Source of the DNA: Macrostomum lignano
Taxonomy: Eukaryota
Length of the DNA stretch: 64,000 nucleotides
Direction: 5' to 3'
NCBI GenBank assembly: GCA_002269645.1
Contig: NIVC01000068.1
Coordinates: forward strand, 1 to 64,000
The notes under the pieces: model-generated
The model's database searches: none
What the model saw: the letters and a program-made list of their open reading frames with translations, nothing else
Told to the model about the DNA's origin: nothing
Part shown: positions 50,739 to 62,941 of the stretch, piece after piece
Layout of the letters: each line of letters begins with the position of its first letter
Position numbering within the stretch: position 1 is the first letter of the stretch
Program-made: the position numbers and the translations under genes

Positions 50739-51486
50739 ACCCTAATTCTATTGTTTAACTTGACAGACAATAGAGACAACTATGCATTACATTCATTGGT
50801 TAATATTTGCAAAACAGAGAACTACTAACCAAATAAACACAGGTAAAGCCGACTCGACTGTCGTTGAAAGTACAAAAATAACCAATCAAGAGACACATCA
50901 ATCAATCAACGCTAAGTACTTGGTACTTTCACTTCTTACGAGTACAATACATCAACGCTCATAATAAACATATACTCGTATATATACAATCTGTTTTATA
51001 TACAGAATAAAAAGAGGAAACACTGTATAAAAAAATTCGATCCATCACAATAATACTAACATTATAGTTACGACATAGTTGTAGTGAAAAAATCTTCCCC
51101 AAGATCCCCATGGTCCCCAAGTTCAAGTCCAACGAGTAATTCAATAGTTACAAGTTGCTTTTTACTTTCTATAAGTTAATTGCATTTCCGACAAAGCATA
51201 AAACAAAAGAGGACAAACAGCAATACAAATATATATATAGAGATCCAAACATCCAAATAAAATCATAAATGAGATTTTCAAGACAGAAATACAGTTCGAA
51301 TAAATGTAGAACACACAGACAGTGAAAGATGACTTACTTACACACAACTGAAGTATGTTTTTTTTCTATAAGCCTTGAGATAGACTTTCTATCTCCACAA
51401 AGATTTCACGCTAATAGCTTTTAATTCGATCCGGCCGGCTGGCTAGCACCCCAGCCCAGGTAATGCCCACTTAAAAATAGACTAAT

Positions 51487-51603
51487 CGTACTAATTAGGT
51501 GACGAGGTATTTAACCTTAATAATACATTTAATGTTACTCCCGCCGTTTACCCGAAATTACGTCATTCTTCTTCAGGGGTAAGTCGCATGGCCGGTGCAC
51601 ATC
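51487..51603 (-). other. Diverged fragment of cytosolic 28S rRNA domain IV (about helices 66-72)
   Basis: The minus strand reads GATGTG...TGAAGAA...CGGGTAAACGGCGGGAGTAAC...TTAAGGT-TAAATACCTCGTCACCTAATTAGTACG. This is colinear with conserved eukaryotic 28S (CGGGTAAACGGCGGGAGTAACTATGACTCTCTTAAGGTAGCCAAATGCCTCGTCATCTAATTAGTGACG), with a 21-nt exact core at 51534-51554. Confidence 0.85.
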
Positions 51604-51866
51604 AGGGGGATTGCGGATGTATGTTTACAAGTACATATTATAGCTTGATGGTGTATAAATTCTCGCGTCATGGACAACCGAAGTACAAGGACGCTATATG
51701 CGACTTTCTTTAAAAATAATCTAACCATTTTGTAGCTCATTTCTAATAAAATCAAATGTATCATTTTTCTACACTGTACTTCAGCTGCCCATGACTCGTG
51801 TACAGTTTAAACAGTCGCTTGCAATTAAAACCAACCAGAGATTAAAGAGGCAGCAAATGTAAGACT

Positions 51867-54800
51867 TTAGACAATCACAGCCAATTGCTGCTGCTCTGCT
51901 TTCACTCGATCTCTAGCAGCATTCAAGTCCGCTTCCGTAGCCGACTGTATCAAAAATGTTCGATTGAAGGAGCGCCATCGGCGACACAAACCAAAATAAG
52001 TCCTACACTGAACGTACATGAACACCAATCCGCCAGTGAAGCCAATGGCTACAACGACTAGTTTAGTCCAGAACGACCATTCCAACTTGCCGGAGCCAAC
52101 TTCCATAGCGGTTTTCTCAATCAGCACGTACAGTGACCAGACTACGCAGGTCAGTGCGATGACGTGGAAAGCCACGCTGCAGATCACTTTCCGACGCTCC
52201 ATTGGTGTCATGTCCAGTTTGCGCCACTGAGGAAATTAAAAAGTTAAAGTTAAGTTTAATTTCTAAATTAATTAGAAATTAAAAAAAATGCTGGTAACTA
52301 CTTGTCTTAAATTAAGTAGTATCATTTTATTATTCGACACTGAGGCTAAATTCCTGGAAAAATCATCTTTTTCATCACAAAGGCAATGATTGCATTTGAT
52401 CTGGGGCAGTGAACAATAGAAAAATGATATTGATAAACATTGCCTACATATTATTTTTTTATTTAGACAGAGCTAGGAATAGCTACTAATATGCGTTTAA
52501 GTGGAACTATACCTACAATAATGGCTTGAGAATACCTGCATGCAACTTTTTAGAAAGAAATACACGTTGCACTTATTATTTTTCCTATCTCCGCAGTGTA
52601 TTTTTCCAGGAAATCGGCCTCCTAAAAAAACTACACGATTTCTGAACGTAACGACCTGATATACTGCTAGTGGTCCTCATGTAAAAAATTACAATCATTA
52701 AAATATTAAGCTACTTGTCAGTTAAGTAGTATAGAATAATATTATCTGCACCAGTATTTACAGGACTGCTAGAGGGATTTTAAAAATCCCACGATATGTT
52801 TTGAATTGGGCGTTGGCTCAGATTTAAAAATAGAATTCGAAAATGACTCTATAGACATTCACAAAACCAATTTATTGATTGTCAATACCGGGTATAGATG
52901 CGTTTTAATCCCAACCTTCATATCTACCTTCATATCCTCAATCGATGGGAAGAGAATTCATCAAAATGGCAAGAATCGTGTTATTTAGCTTTATAAATCC
53001 GTCCCATTCAACCGGAAGGTAAACAGGGCGAGATTGGCGGCTATGGTTAAAAGTACACACACACACTGAGCAGTCTCACTGTTAGCTAGCAAGCAAAAAG
53101 AAGTCACGAGACTCATCAAACAGGAGTGACCCAATGTGCTTCCTTAGCTATCGGTGGAAAATTAATTACAAAGCAGTGGCAAACTGAGAAGTCACGCCCT
53201 GCAGATCAATGCGAAAAGGCAAAGCGGAATTTTTGCTTCCTTGCTTTCCTGGATTTTCAAAGTACCAACTCCTAATTATTACTTATTAATTACCAGCTAG
53301 CTGAGCTGTCAAAGGTTTGGGGTAATAATGAATAAGTACTTAGGACCTTAGGTGTTCAAAGCAGACAACTGCATTTCTTAAAAGTGAACTACAGAAGTAT
53401 ACATTCCCCCTCTCCTTTTCTCAGTGTGACCTACTGAAAGCCGAGGACGTAGCAATATCCAGTACAGTTAGTCTATGGCACAAGCTATGAGACACTAATC
53501 AGTCTCTAACGCAAGACTTGCGCAAGTGTTACAGGACACGGTTGCAAAAAGACGCTTCTATTTCTTCACTATATGCTGAACTTGTTGTTGTCAGTGATTG
53601 TCGTATTGTCAGTGAATTTAGCTGGTAAGTTTTGTCATACACAAGTTCGTTATAGAAAAAAATCGATTTCTTAACAGCATCATGAATGCACAACAGTTAC
53701 GAAAAATGCACGTCACTTACGGCCTCTAGCTCATTTCTAAGAAAAGCAAGTCTATAGGAGAGATGATGAAGGAAATGAGAGGTAATAGAAATTTCGACAT
53801 GGAAACAAGGAAATTATTTGAACAAGCAAACTAGTCAATCGAATAATAAACAAACTAATCAATCTAATAGACAAACTAATTAAATAAATAAACAAACTAA
53901 TCAATTAAAAAACAAATTAATTAATCAGATGAGTAATCTAATAAATAAATAAACAAACTAATCAACCAAATAAACAAACTAATCAATTAAATAAACAAAC
54001 TAATCAAGCAAATAAACAAACCAATCAATCCAATAGAGACAAATCAATCAACCAAATAAACAAGTAATCAAACAAATAAACAAACTAATCAATCAAATAA
54101 ACAAACCAATCAATCAAATAAACAAACCAATCAATCAAATAAACAAACCAATCAACCAAATAAACAAGTAATCAAACAAATACACAAAGTAATCAATCAA
54201 ATAAACAAACCAATCAATCGAATAAACCAACTAATAGAATGAACCAACTAATAAAACTGATTTAGATTGATAACAGGTTTGAATATTATAACAAAGAAAC
54301 CATATTTATAAAAAAATAAGCATAAAACAAAGCAGAAAATTCTTACCTCACTTATAGGCTTAGTACTAACGCTCATAATGAATCCAAAGTGGCATAATTC
54401 GCACATTTTAATATCCTGAGATTTCACCCAGTACTGCAGACAGTCGCGGTGCACATACTTCAGTGTACCGGAGCACAGACAAGGCGATATCAATGGATTA
54501 GCGGCTGCAGTCTGACAGTCATTGTTATTGTCAGAAGCTGGCGCTATTGCTTCTGTCTCAGACGAATGACAGATTCGACAGATAAGTTCGTTACTATCTG
54601 CGGCTGAATCTGTTGCGGCTGGCGCAGCTGATGGCATTGGCACAGCGCCGGCGCACAGAGTCAGCGGCGTCAATACAACTTCACAATCGTCAATTGAGCG
54701 ACCATAATTTGCTGCCGACATTGCAGCCGCGGTAGCATCTAAATCTGACGTGCTGGTAGCCGCCTGCTGGCTAGTAGGCAACACCGTGGACGTTGCCCGT

Positions 54801-55045
54801 TCTTCTGTGGTAGCAAAATTAGCTGCTTGATGATGATGCTGTTGCTGGTCAGTCAGGGATGCTGGCTGATCAGCCTCATGATAGCTGTGCCTACGCCAAT
54901 GACAGTTCTGATGCTGCATTGTGGCATCACTGCCACTGATGCTGCCATCCCTGGCAATAGGCAATGGCTGCGTATCATCGCTACTAGTAGAGCCTGGCAG
55001 TGTTTTACAGCTTAAAGCATTTCTCAATACAGTTTTTGCCTGCAT
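51867..55045 (-). CDS. MARCHF8: Membrane-associated RING-CH E3 ubiquitin ligase, MARCH1/8-like (exons 55045-54347 and 52226-51867; further 5' exons possible)
   Basis: RING-CH CRICH...[19 protein letters not shown]...CELC; phase-0 junction PISE/WRKLDMT; two TM segments [22 protein letters not shown] and [23 protein letters not shown] nearly identical to recalled MARCH1/8. Confidence 0.92.
53820..54250. repeat. Degenerate (AATC/AAAT/AAAC) microsatellite in the MARCH intron
   Basis: Repeated AAATAAACAAAC(T/C)AATCAATC. Confidence 0.9.
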
Positions 55046-58000
55046 TGCTTAATGCTTAGCCTTGTAGCAGAAACAGTAAAATAAAAGTGAAATAAAAACA
55101 TTAATGACAATAAATGCAGAATAGTTTATGGAGATCATTAATAGGCAATTCATTAAAACAAAAGCAACTAGATAACATTGGCACCAATGCATCATCTCTA
55201 TTCTATGTTTGATAAGTTCTAAGTTCCAAAATTATAAGAGGGTAGACCTATAAAACTTTCCTAAAAATATGACCTACAATACGGATTTAACTAAATGTTC
55301 AAGTCTACTTTTGGAGAAAATCAGTCCATTTGATAATATTTATCATTTTTTAGTAAAAATAATTTGAATGAATTATCTATTTTTGTATTTTTTTTCTACT
55401 CTAATTTCTTTTTCTAAAAAGAGTTTTGCCACAGTGGACAATATAGCTTTTTGGAGCCGATTTGGGCCTATACCATTGAATTTAATCTGAGATACATTTG
55501 CCAATGTAACGGAGCTTTTGTCTATGGTAGCAAGGCTGGCACAATGGCATTCAATTTGGTCTAACTCTTGCCTTCTTGCAACTATATGTAGGCTATTAGG
55601 TACTGCTAGAATGTTAGTATCTCTAACAACAATTTTGAGTCACTTTTTTTCAGAGCTCTCCTGATAGATGAAATCTGATGACTAAATGGAACTATCATTC
55701 AAATTTTGCTACATTTTCTGCAACTTCATCAAAGGGTTTGTCTTAATTGCATCAAGTAGCAATTGGACCTAAGCCTCTAGCAACTTGCCTTGACAATAGC
55801 TATCCTTTTGCAAGCAATCTCTGCCAACAATGGTTTCTTTGTGCTTTTAGATATTCATATGCTTTGATCATAAGCCAATAGTACTCTTTTGGCAGCCTAG
55901 CATATAATCTACAATTCTGGAGCTGATCTTGTTCTTCTGCAGCAATTGTAATTATAGCTATAGACCAAATTAAATGCCACTATGCCAGCCTTGCTACTAG
56001 GCCTATTGACCAAAGCTCAATTACATTGGCAAATATATCTTAAATTAAATTTAATGCATGCAAGCCCAAATAGACTGCAAAAAAGCTATATTACAATAGG
56101 CCTATATAGCTTAACTAAAGTAAAAGATAAACAAAAATTTAATACAAATGGCATAATTTAATAAAAAATTATAATATAATATATCTATACATTTAGGTAA
56201 ACAAAATAAAAAAACTTAAGTTTAAACAATAAATAATAGTATGATTTTCTTAAATGACTTAAAAGTAGTCCCCCTTTGCTAGCTAGTTTTAGTTTTATAC
56301 TTTTTAGGTTTTATTTATATTAAGCTTCATTTTAAATCTATAGATATATTTTTATTAAACCCAAATATTAGCCACATTCTTAGGCCTAGTCTAAATTTAT
56401 TATACCCGTACATGCACAACCTCTGAACTTCCATGCAACTTAGTTTCAACAAAAAATGCAACAGGCCTAGTTTTTGGCCAAAATGCAACTTACATATAAA
56501 ATAAATCCTAAAGCAAAATTAATGCAACTTTGGGTGAATGTCAGGAATAACTATAGTTGTTTTATTAAGGCAAAATGCCAAAATGCTTCATTATCTACTT
56601 AGTACTAGGCCTTCTTATGTATTTATTTGTGTAGGCATTTTTGTGACTTACCTTGGTTGGCCTCTAAATTGGTTGGCCAGATTGGCCAACTTGGCTGACT
56701 ATTGCAGTTGCACATATATGTATGATTACACTATAGCCCCTAATAGCAGTGACCTTCTCTACTATATTATATTTTCAAGTTTATGCCAGAAATACAAATT
56801 TACTTATATAGTATATATCAAGATAGTGATCAATTTCAGATAATGCTTATAGAACACCAAAAACCCCATTACACACATGCTAGCTTTGGTTCACAATCAT
56901 TTAGGCCTACATGCATTTGTTTCATTCAAATAATTGTAAACCAAAATATATACATAGGATCATCTTCAACTTCATGGACTCACTTTTGGAAATTGAATTC
57001 ATGTACTAAAACCCTTTATACATAGGCCTATGGTGTCATATGCTAGCTTTAGTTCACAATCATTTACATATATTGTTTCCATTTATATGATCATAAACCA
57101 AAATTGATATATAGGACACTATACACAAGACACTGGGCCTAGATCTTCTAGGCCTATTCTATTCAGTTTCTCTAATGAACCAAATATATAGATATGCCCT
57201 GTTTTTCAATTTTTGAAAAGGCCATTATTGCTGAAAAGAAAATTTACATAGGATTATGAACCAAAATGTAGGTGGAAAAATGATCAAACTGAAGGAATGC
57301 CATTGAATTTATATGCTAAAGATTTAAAGGGCATAAAATGCCCTCGAGTTAAGTCAAAGGTTAGAAGTTAGAAAAAAGGTTAAAACTAATAATTATCAAA
57401 TCATTGGGCCTTGGGGTATACACCATATAGGCCTATGTATATGTATAATAGTACTAGGGTAGGCCCCTAGTAGGGTAGTAGCAGGGGGATTAAGGGTGTA
57501 GCCAAAATCGTCATATGATGATGATGACTTGAACAAATCTGGAAGACTTAAACATTTAAATATAACAAATTTGAGCAAATTATTTCCCTGGCCTATTAAA
57601 GGCTCATTTAATTTGATTTCTTTATAGGCCCTATTTGACTGATTTTGATAGCTCATTTAATTTTAATGGTAGTTTGAATAAGCCTATAAATCATTTTTAA
57701 ATTTGTTGGCAAACAAGAACATGCTGACGCCATAAGCTAAGATCATTGTGCAGCCAATGCAACACAGTATGACGATTTAGTGAATGCAGCATTGTCCAAT
57801 ACTGAGATGATGACAATTTAGATAATTTAGTTGTTTTTCTCGTAAGCCGCAGATGACAATCTTGTATATGAAAACTTTGGCCAAAACCTATATAAATTCT
57901 AATAGAATTATTAATTACTAAATAAAATTTGCATAATTTTTTTGTAATAAAAGTCAAAACCAGGCCTATTTACTATTATTAATATTAGGTCCCGCCTAGG

Positions 58001-60147
58001 CATCAAAAAGTTTGTACATATTTCTATTTAATTTTCTCTCCAAATTTTTACTTAATGATATGATAAAAATAAGAAGCAAACTACTAAACTACTAGCACAG
58101 TGAATTTTTGAGTAGGCCCTACTGAGTCTGAAAATTATGAGATACAATGCAAGGTTTCTGTGTTCATTAAAATGTATTTTTAATCTTAACATCAGGCCTG
58201 CTGGTGCTGGCTAAACTATTATGACTATAAACTACTGACGTACTGTATGCTGAGCTTTTTGCTTCAAGTGTTTGAGACGAATTAGATCATTGTTCATTGA
58301 ATGTATATGTATGATGATTGATGATGATAGGCCTAGTCTCAAATAGTCTCAAATTCAAATTCAATTATTTTTACAGTAAAATATATAGCAAATACGATTT
58401 AAAATTTTAGTGTATATACTTCATAAAGCATACAGGAGGTAAAGTAGTTTAAATGTTTAGTGTTTTATAAATGAGCTTTTTAACCTCCTTTTTTACCTAT
58501 TGTAAAGCCTATTTTTGATTTGTTTTAGTGAGTAGTTAATATTTCAAATCTACCCACTTAATTCTAAATTCTAATTCTAATACTGTAATGTGTAACGTTG
58601 AATACGGGCCTTATAAGCCTAATAAGCCTAATAAGAATTTTTAAGTGTTAACAGATAATGTTATGATCGTAAACATATTATGCCCCTTTTCGTCATTAAG
58701 TATGAGTCTTCATGTTGTTGTGTTTATATTGAAATGGAGTTGAAAATTGGAATTGGATTATATTGAAAGAGTGTGGGTTGGTTCAAAATGTGCAGGTTTC
58801 AATAGCTTGTTTTTTATAATGGTAATATTTCTTTAAAAATACAAATGGGAAACTGCATTAAATTGTTATATTCTTCATTTTTACTAAATGCTACACATTC
58901 AAAATAAGGTATAAATATGTCAAATTTATAATAATCACACAAATTATTATGCTTCTGAATAGCACAAAATTTTAGTAAATTTCTTTGCTAAAAAAAGAAC
59001 ATTTTAAAAGTTCAGGTAGAAAAGCAAGCTTGTAAGCAAATTTCCAGCCTGGAAAAAAAGTTGATTAAGAAAGATAATAAGAAAAATCAAAGGTAAAAAA
59101 GAAAGGGTTGGCAAATCAGCTTCCTTCTAGTTCTTGTGACTATTTTTATAATAATATGAGTTAGCTAAACAAAAAGCCAAAAAAAAATTTATAGGTCTAT
59201 CTAAAATTTTAGCAAAACTTTTTTGCAAGAAAAGAAATTTAAAGTTTAAATTGACTAATAAGGTAAAAAGTAAAGTAGATAATAAAGTGACTAATAAAGT
59301 CACTAAGGTGACAAATTAAAAGGAAAGGTAGCTATATAGGCTAGGCCTAGCCTAGCCCTAGGCTTACCAAAGAAAGATTTTTTGTAGGCCTTTGTCCTAC
59401 TTTTGATGATCAATGATCAGTGGTGATCTGTCCTATAAGGCTATTGAAAATTGCAAACATGCAATAATAAATAACTAAAGTATACTATGTTTGATTTTTT
59501 AATAGCCAATTTTTTATGTTTACAACAGTGATATATGGCAGGTAATTTAATATAAATTATACTGTATATATAGGGCCTACATTCTAGCAATTTAATATAT
59601 ATGCCAATATGTATTGCAAGTATCTATTCTTATGATCCTAGCTTATATATGCAATAATTTTGAAATTTGTTACCACTTGATTATTGAAAACAGAAGATAA
59701 GAAAGAATATAGTATTTTTTAGATTTTTTCTAAAACTACTTTAAAGTTAAAATAAATAAATATATAATGACTAGGCTCATTATTATTAATTATAATTTTG
59801 TATTATATGGCCTTTTTAACATAGGCAAAGATAAGAAAAGTATTTTAAGTCTGTCTAACATGTCCTATAAATGAATAACAGACAAAAGGTAGACAAAAGA
59901 TGGTCTGTTGCCCTATTGGAGCAAATGAGGTGTATGCTAAAAGCATTTTATATAGATAAAAAACCCAACTGGTTTACCTACTAGTATGCATTTTAAAACA
60001 TATTTAAAATATTCAAACTAGGAAATAATCAAATTCAAAGTGCATAGCCATAAAGGTATTTTGCTATAGATTTTGTGTAAAAGCATTAAATGCATTTTAA
60101 TTGCCTTTGATTCCATTCATCCCTTCTGCTACTTAGCGTTGGCAAAC

Positions 60148-61173
60148 ATGGTGAGAAAAGTTATTCTAGCTATGGATGGTAGCCAGCACTGCTATCGGGC
60201 ACTGTCCTGGTATGCTGAAAACCTCAATAGCGAAGATGATCAGCTGGTGTTTGTCTATGTTGCTGAACCGCCAACCTCTGCCATTGCGGCTGGCGTCACC
60301 ACGCCTGAGCAGATGACTGCCGGCTTGCAGGTTAGGGTTCTGCTTTCAGTTTTGAACGTGTAACCCTCTCTATTCTTAAACAGGGGCTCTAAGTCACCAC
60401 TATCCTCCCAGATCCACAGTTGCTGGGCCAGCCTCCTATATCATCAGTTGCTGTGCCAGCCTTACAGATCCTACAGTTGCTGGGCCAGCATCCCAGATCC
60501 TCAGTTGCTAGGCCAGCCTCCCAGATCACCAGTTGCTGGACCAGCCTCCTATATCTTCAGTTGCTGGGCCAGCCTTCCAGATTCTGAGTTGCTGGGCCAG
60601 CCTATCAGATCCTTGGCTGCTGGGCCAGCCTGTCCCAGAGTGTCAGTTACTGGGCCAGCCTCCTAGATCTTCAGTTGCTGGGCCAGCTCTCCAGATATCC
60701 AGTGGGCCAGCCTCCCAGATCCTTGGTTGCTGGGCCAGCCTCCCAGAGTGTCAGCTGGTGCTCCAGCCTCACGGATCGCCAGTTGTTGGGTCATCTCAAT
60801 CCTTAATCTATACGAAATCCCCTTGTCTCATCACCCTTTGAAGCCAGCTGCCCGTCCTCCCAACGTACCCCCCCCCCCTGTCTCTCAGGAGGCCATCACT
60901 AAAGGCAAGGGCCTAGCCAGCGAGGTGACTCAAAAGTGCTCCGAGCTGGGCATCAAAGCTCAGACTCGATTCCTGGAGCGCATTGCCCACGGCGCTGGGC
61001 CGGCTTTAGTTGACCTGTCAGTTGAAGAGAACGCCGATCTTATCGTGATGGGCAACCGGGGCATCGGCACTCTGCGTCGCACTTTTATGGGCAGCGTATC
61101 GGACTATGTGCTGCACCACGCGCACAGACCAACCATCATTGTGCCGCCGCCGAAGGAGAGCGGTCATCATTGA
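60148..61173 (+). CDS. Universal stress protein (USP domain), exons 60148-60330 and 60889-61173, 155 aa
   Basis: N-terminal RKVILAMDGS; C-terminal DLIVMGNRGIGTLRRTFMGSVSDYVLHHA (G-x2-G-x9-GS motif); phase-0 junction CAG/gttagg...ctcag/GAG. Confidence 0.93.
60400..60790. repeat. About 30-bp minisatellite in the USP intron
   Basis: CAGTTGCTGGGCCAGCCTCCCAGATC-like units. Confidence 0.88.
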
Positions 61174-62024
61174 GTTTAGCTGTTTGCTTTATTAAATTAA
61201 GCAACTGTTGTCAAAATCAAGTAAATTTTCATTATAAGGGATTTATTCTTGGACTGTTAGGTGTCGCTTCAGTTTTATCCCGCTTAAATATTATTATCCA
61301 TTTTATTATTGAATTCTAATCCTTAATTGTTTTGAAATATTGTAGTCTATTTATAGGTCATTGATTTATATTATTGTATGCTTAACGCGTAATTTACATA
61401 ATGCGATTCTAACCAATTCCCAGTAAAATTGTAATCAATGTCTTTTGTTCACTATAACCATTTGGTTTATTGCGATTATTTATTACTTTTGATTTAATTT
61501 CTAACCCTATTCTACCCTAAAAGAAATCAATAATTTTGCTTTGGCGATATTTTACTGAGATTGGTGCAGTTTGTTTTCAGTCCAGCTTTTGTTTCTATTT
61601 TATACGTATGATATTGAAAATCTCAAATAACTTTATCCGTTGTTTCTGTTACTAGTTCAGCTACTCTTTAAATATAAATTGGTGATTTTTTCTTCATCTT
61701 TTTCTATCCCATTTGTTATTCTGGTTTGTTTATTTTTTTGCGTCCTTAAAAACAGTTGCGCACATGGGTTGCAGAGAGTCTGAGACGCACTATTACGATT
61801 ATTAATTATTAGGAAATTGTTTTTATGATATTGTTATAGCGGCGCTCTCTTTACCATGCAGGATATGCAAACTGCAATAAAAATTATTGTGTCCAAAACG
61901 CTTAATGAAGCAAGCTTTGTTTTTGCTTTTTAGCGTCTGTTTTGTTACTTTTAAAAGTATTTATCAAGTTAAACTAAGTTTTTATAGTAGCTTTAAATTA
62001 TTGACAGATTTAAGGACTGTGTAC

Positions 62025-62748
62025 ATTGGGGGTTAGACTGGAGAGTCGCAATATTAGGGCCTGTGTGTTCTGTGTACATTGGGGGTTAGACTGGGGAGTC
62101 GCAATATTAGGGCCTGTGTGTTCTGTGTACATTGGGGGTTAGACTGGGGAGTCGCAATATTAGGGCCTGTGTGTTCTGTGTACATTGGGGTTAGACTGGG
62201 GAGTCGCAATATTAGGGCTTGTGTGTTCTGTGTACATTGGGAGTTAGACTGGAGAGTCGCAATATTAGGGCCTGTGTGTTCTGTGTACATTGGGAGTTAG
62301 ACTGGAGAGTCGCAATATTAGGGCCTGTGTGTTCTGTGTACATTGGGGTTAGACTGGAGAGTCGCAATATTAGGGCCTGTGTGTTCTGTGTACATTGGGG
62401 GTTAGACTGGGGAGTCGCAATATTAGGGCTTGTGTGTTCTGTGTACATTGGGGTTAGACTGGGGAGTCGCAATATTAGGGCTTGTGCGTTCTGTGTACAT
62501 TGGGGGTTAGACTGGGGAGTCGCAATATTAGGGCTTGTGCGTTCTGTGTACATTGGGGGTTAGACTGGGGAGTCGTAATATTAGGGCCTGTGTGTTCTGT
62601 GTACATTGGGGGTTAGACTGGGGAGTCGTAATATTAGGGCCTGTGTGTTCTGTGTACATTGGGGGTTAGACTGGAGAGTCGCAATATTAGGGCCTGTGTG
62701 TTCTGTGTACATTGGGGGTTAGACTGGGGAGTCGCAATATTAGGGCTT
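62025..62748. repeat. 53-bp minisatellite
   Basis: GACTGGGGAGTCGCAATATTAGGGCCTGTGTGTTCTGTGTACATTGGGGGTTA, about 13 copies. Confidence 0.95.
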
Positions 62749-62941
62749 TCAGTGTTTTGAGTACAGTTAGAATCAAGTGAAATGATGTAGCGTGGGTTTT
62801 TATGTACTGTTCAATTACTACTAGTATAGATTGTAGAGTTTTACAGAGAAATAAATTCCAAGACTGATTATATAAACGGATGCATTAAATATCGTGTATT
62901 CTGCATAGTTAAGCGCCGACTTTAATTTATGTGAACCCATC

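Noticed and set aside
51421-51470. HDV-like (R2-type) ribozyme next to the 28S-like fragment
   Set aside because: GCCGGCC-GG...CGAA looks suggestive, but the P1/P2/P3 strands are not in the required order.
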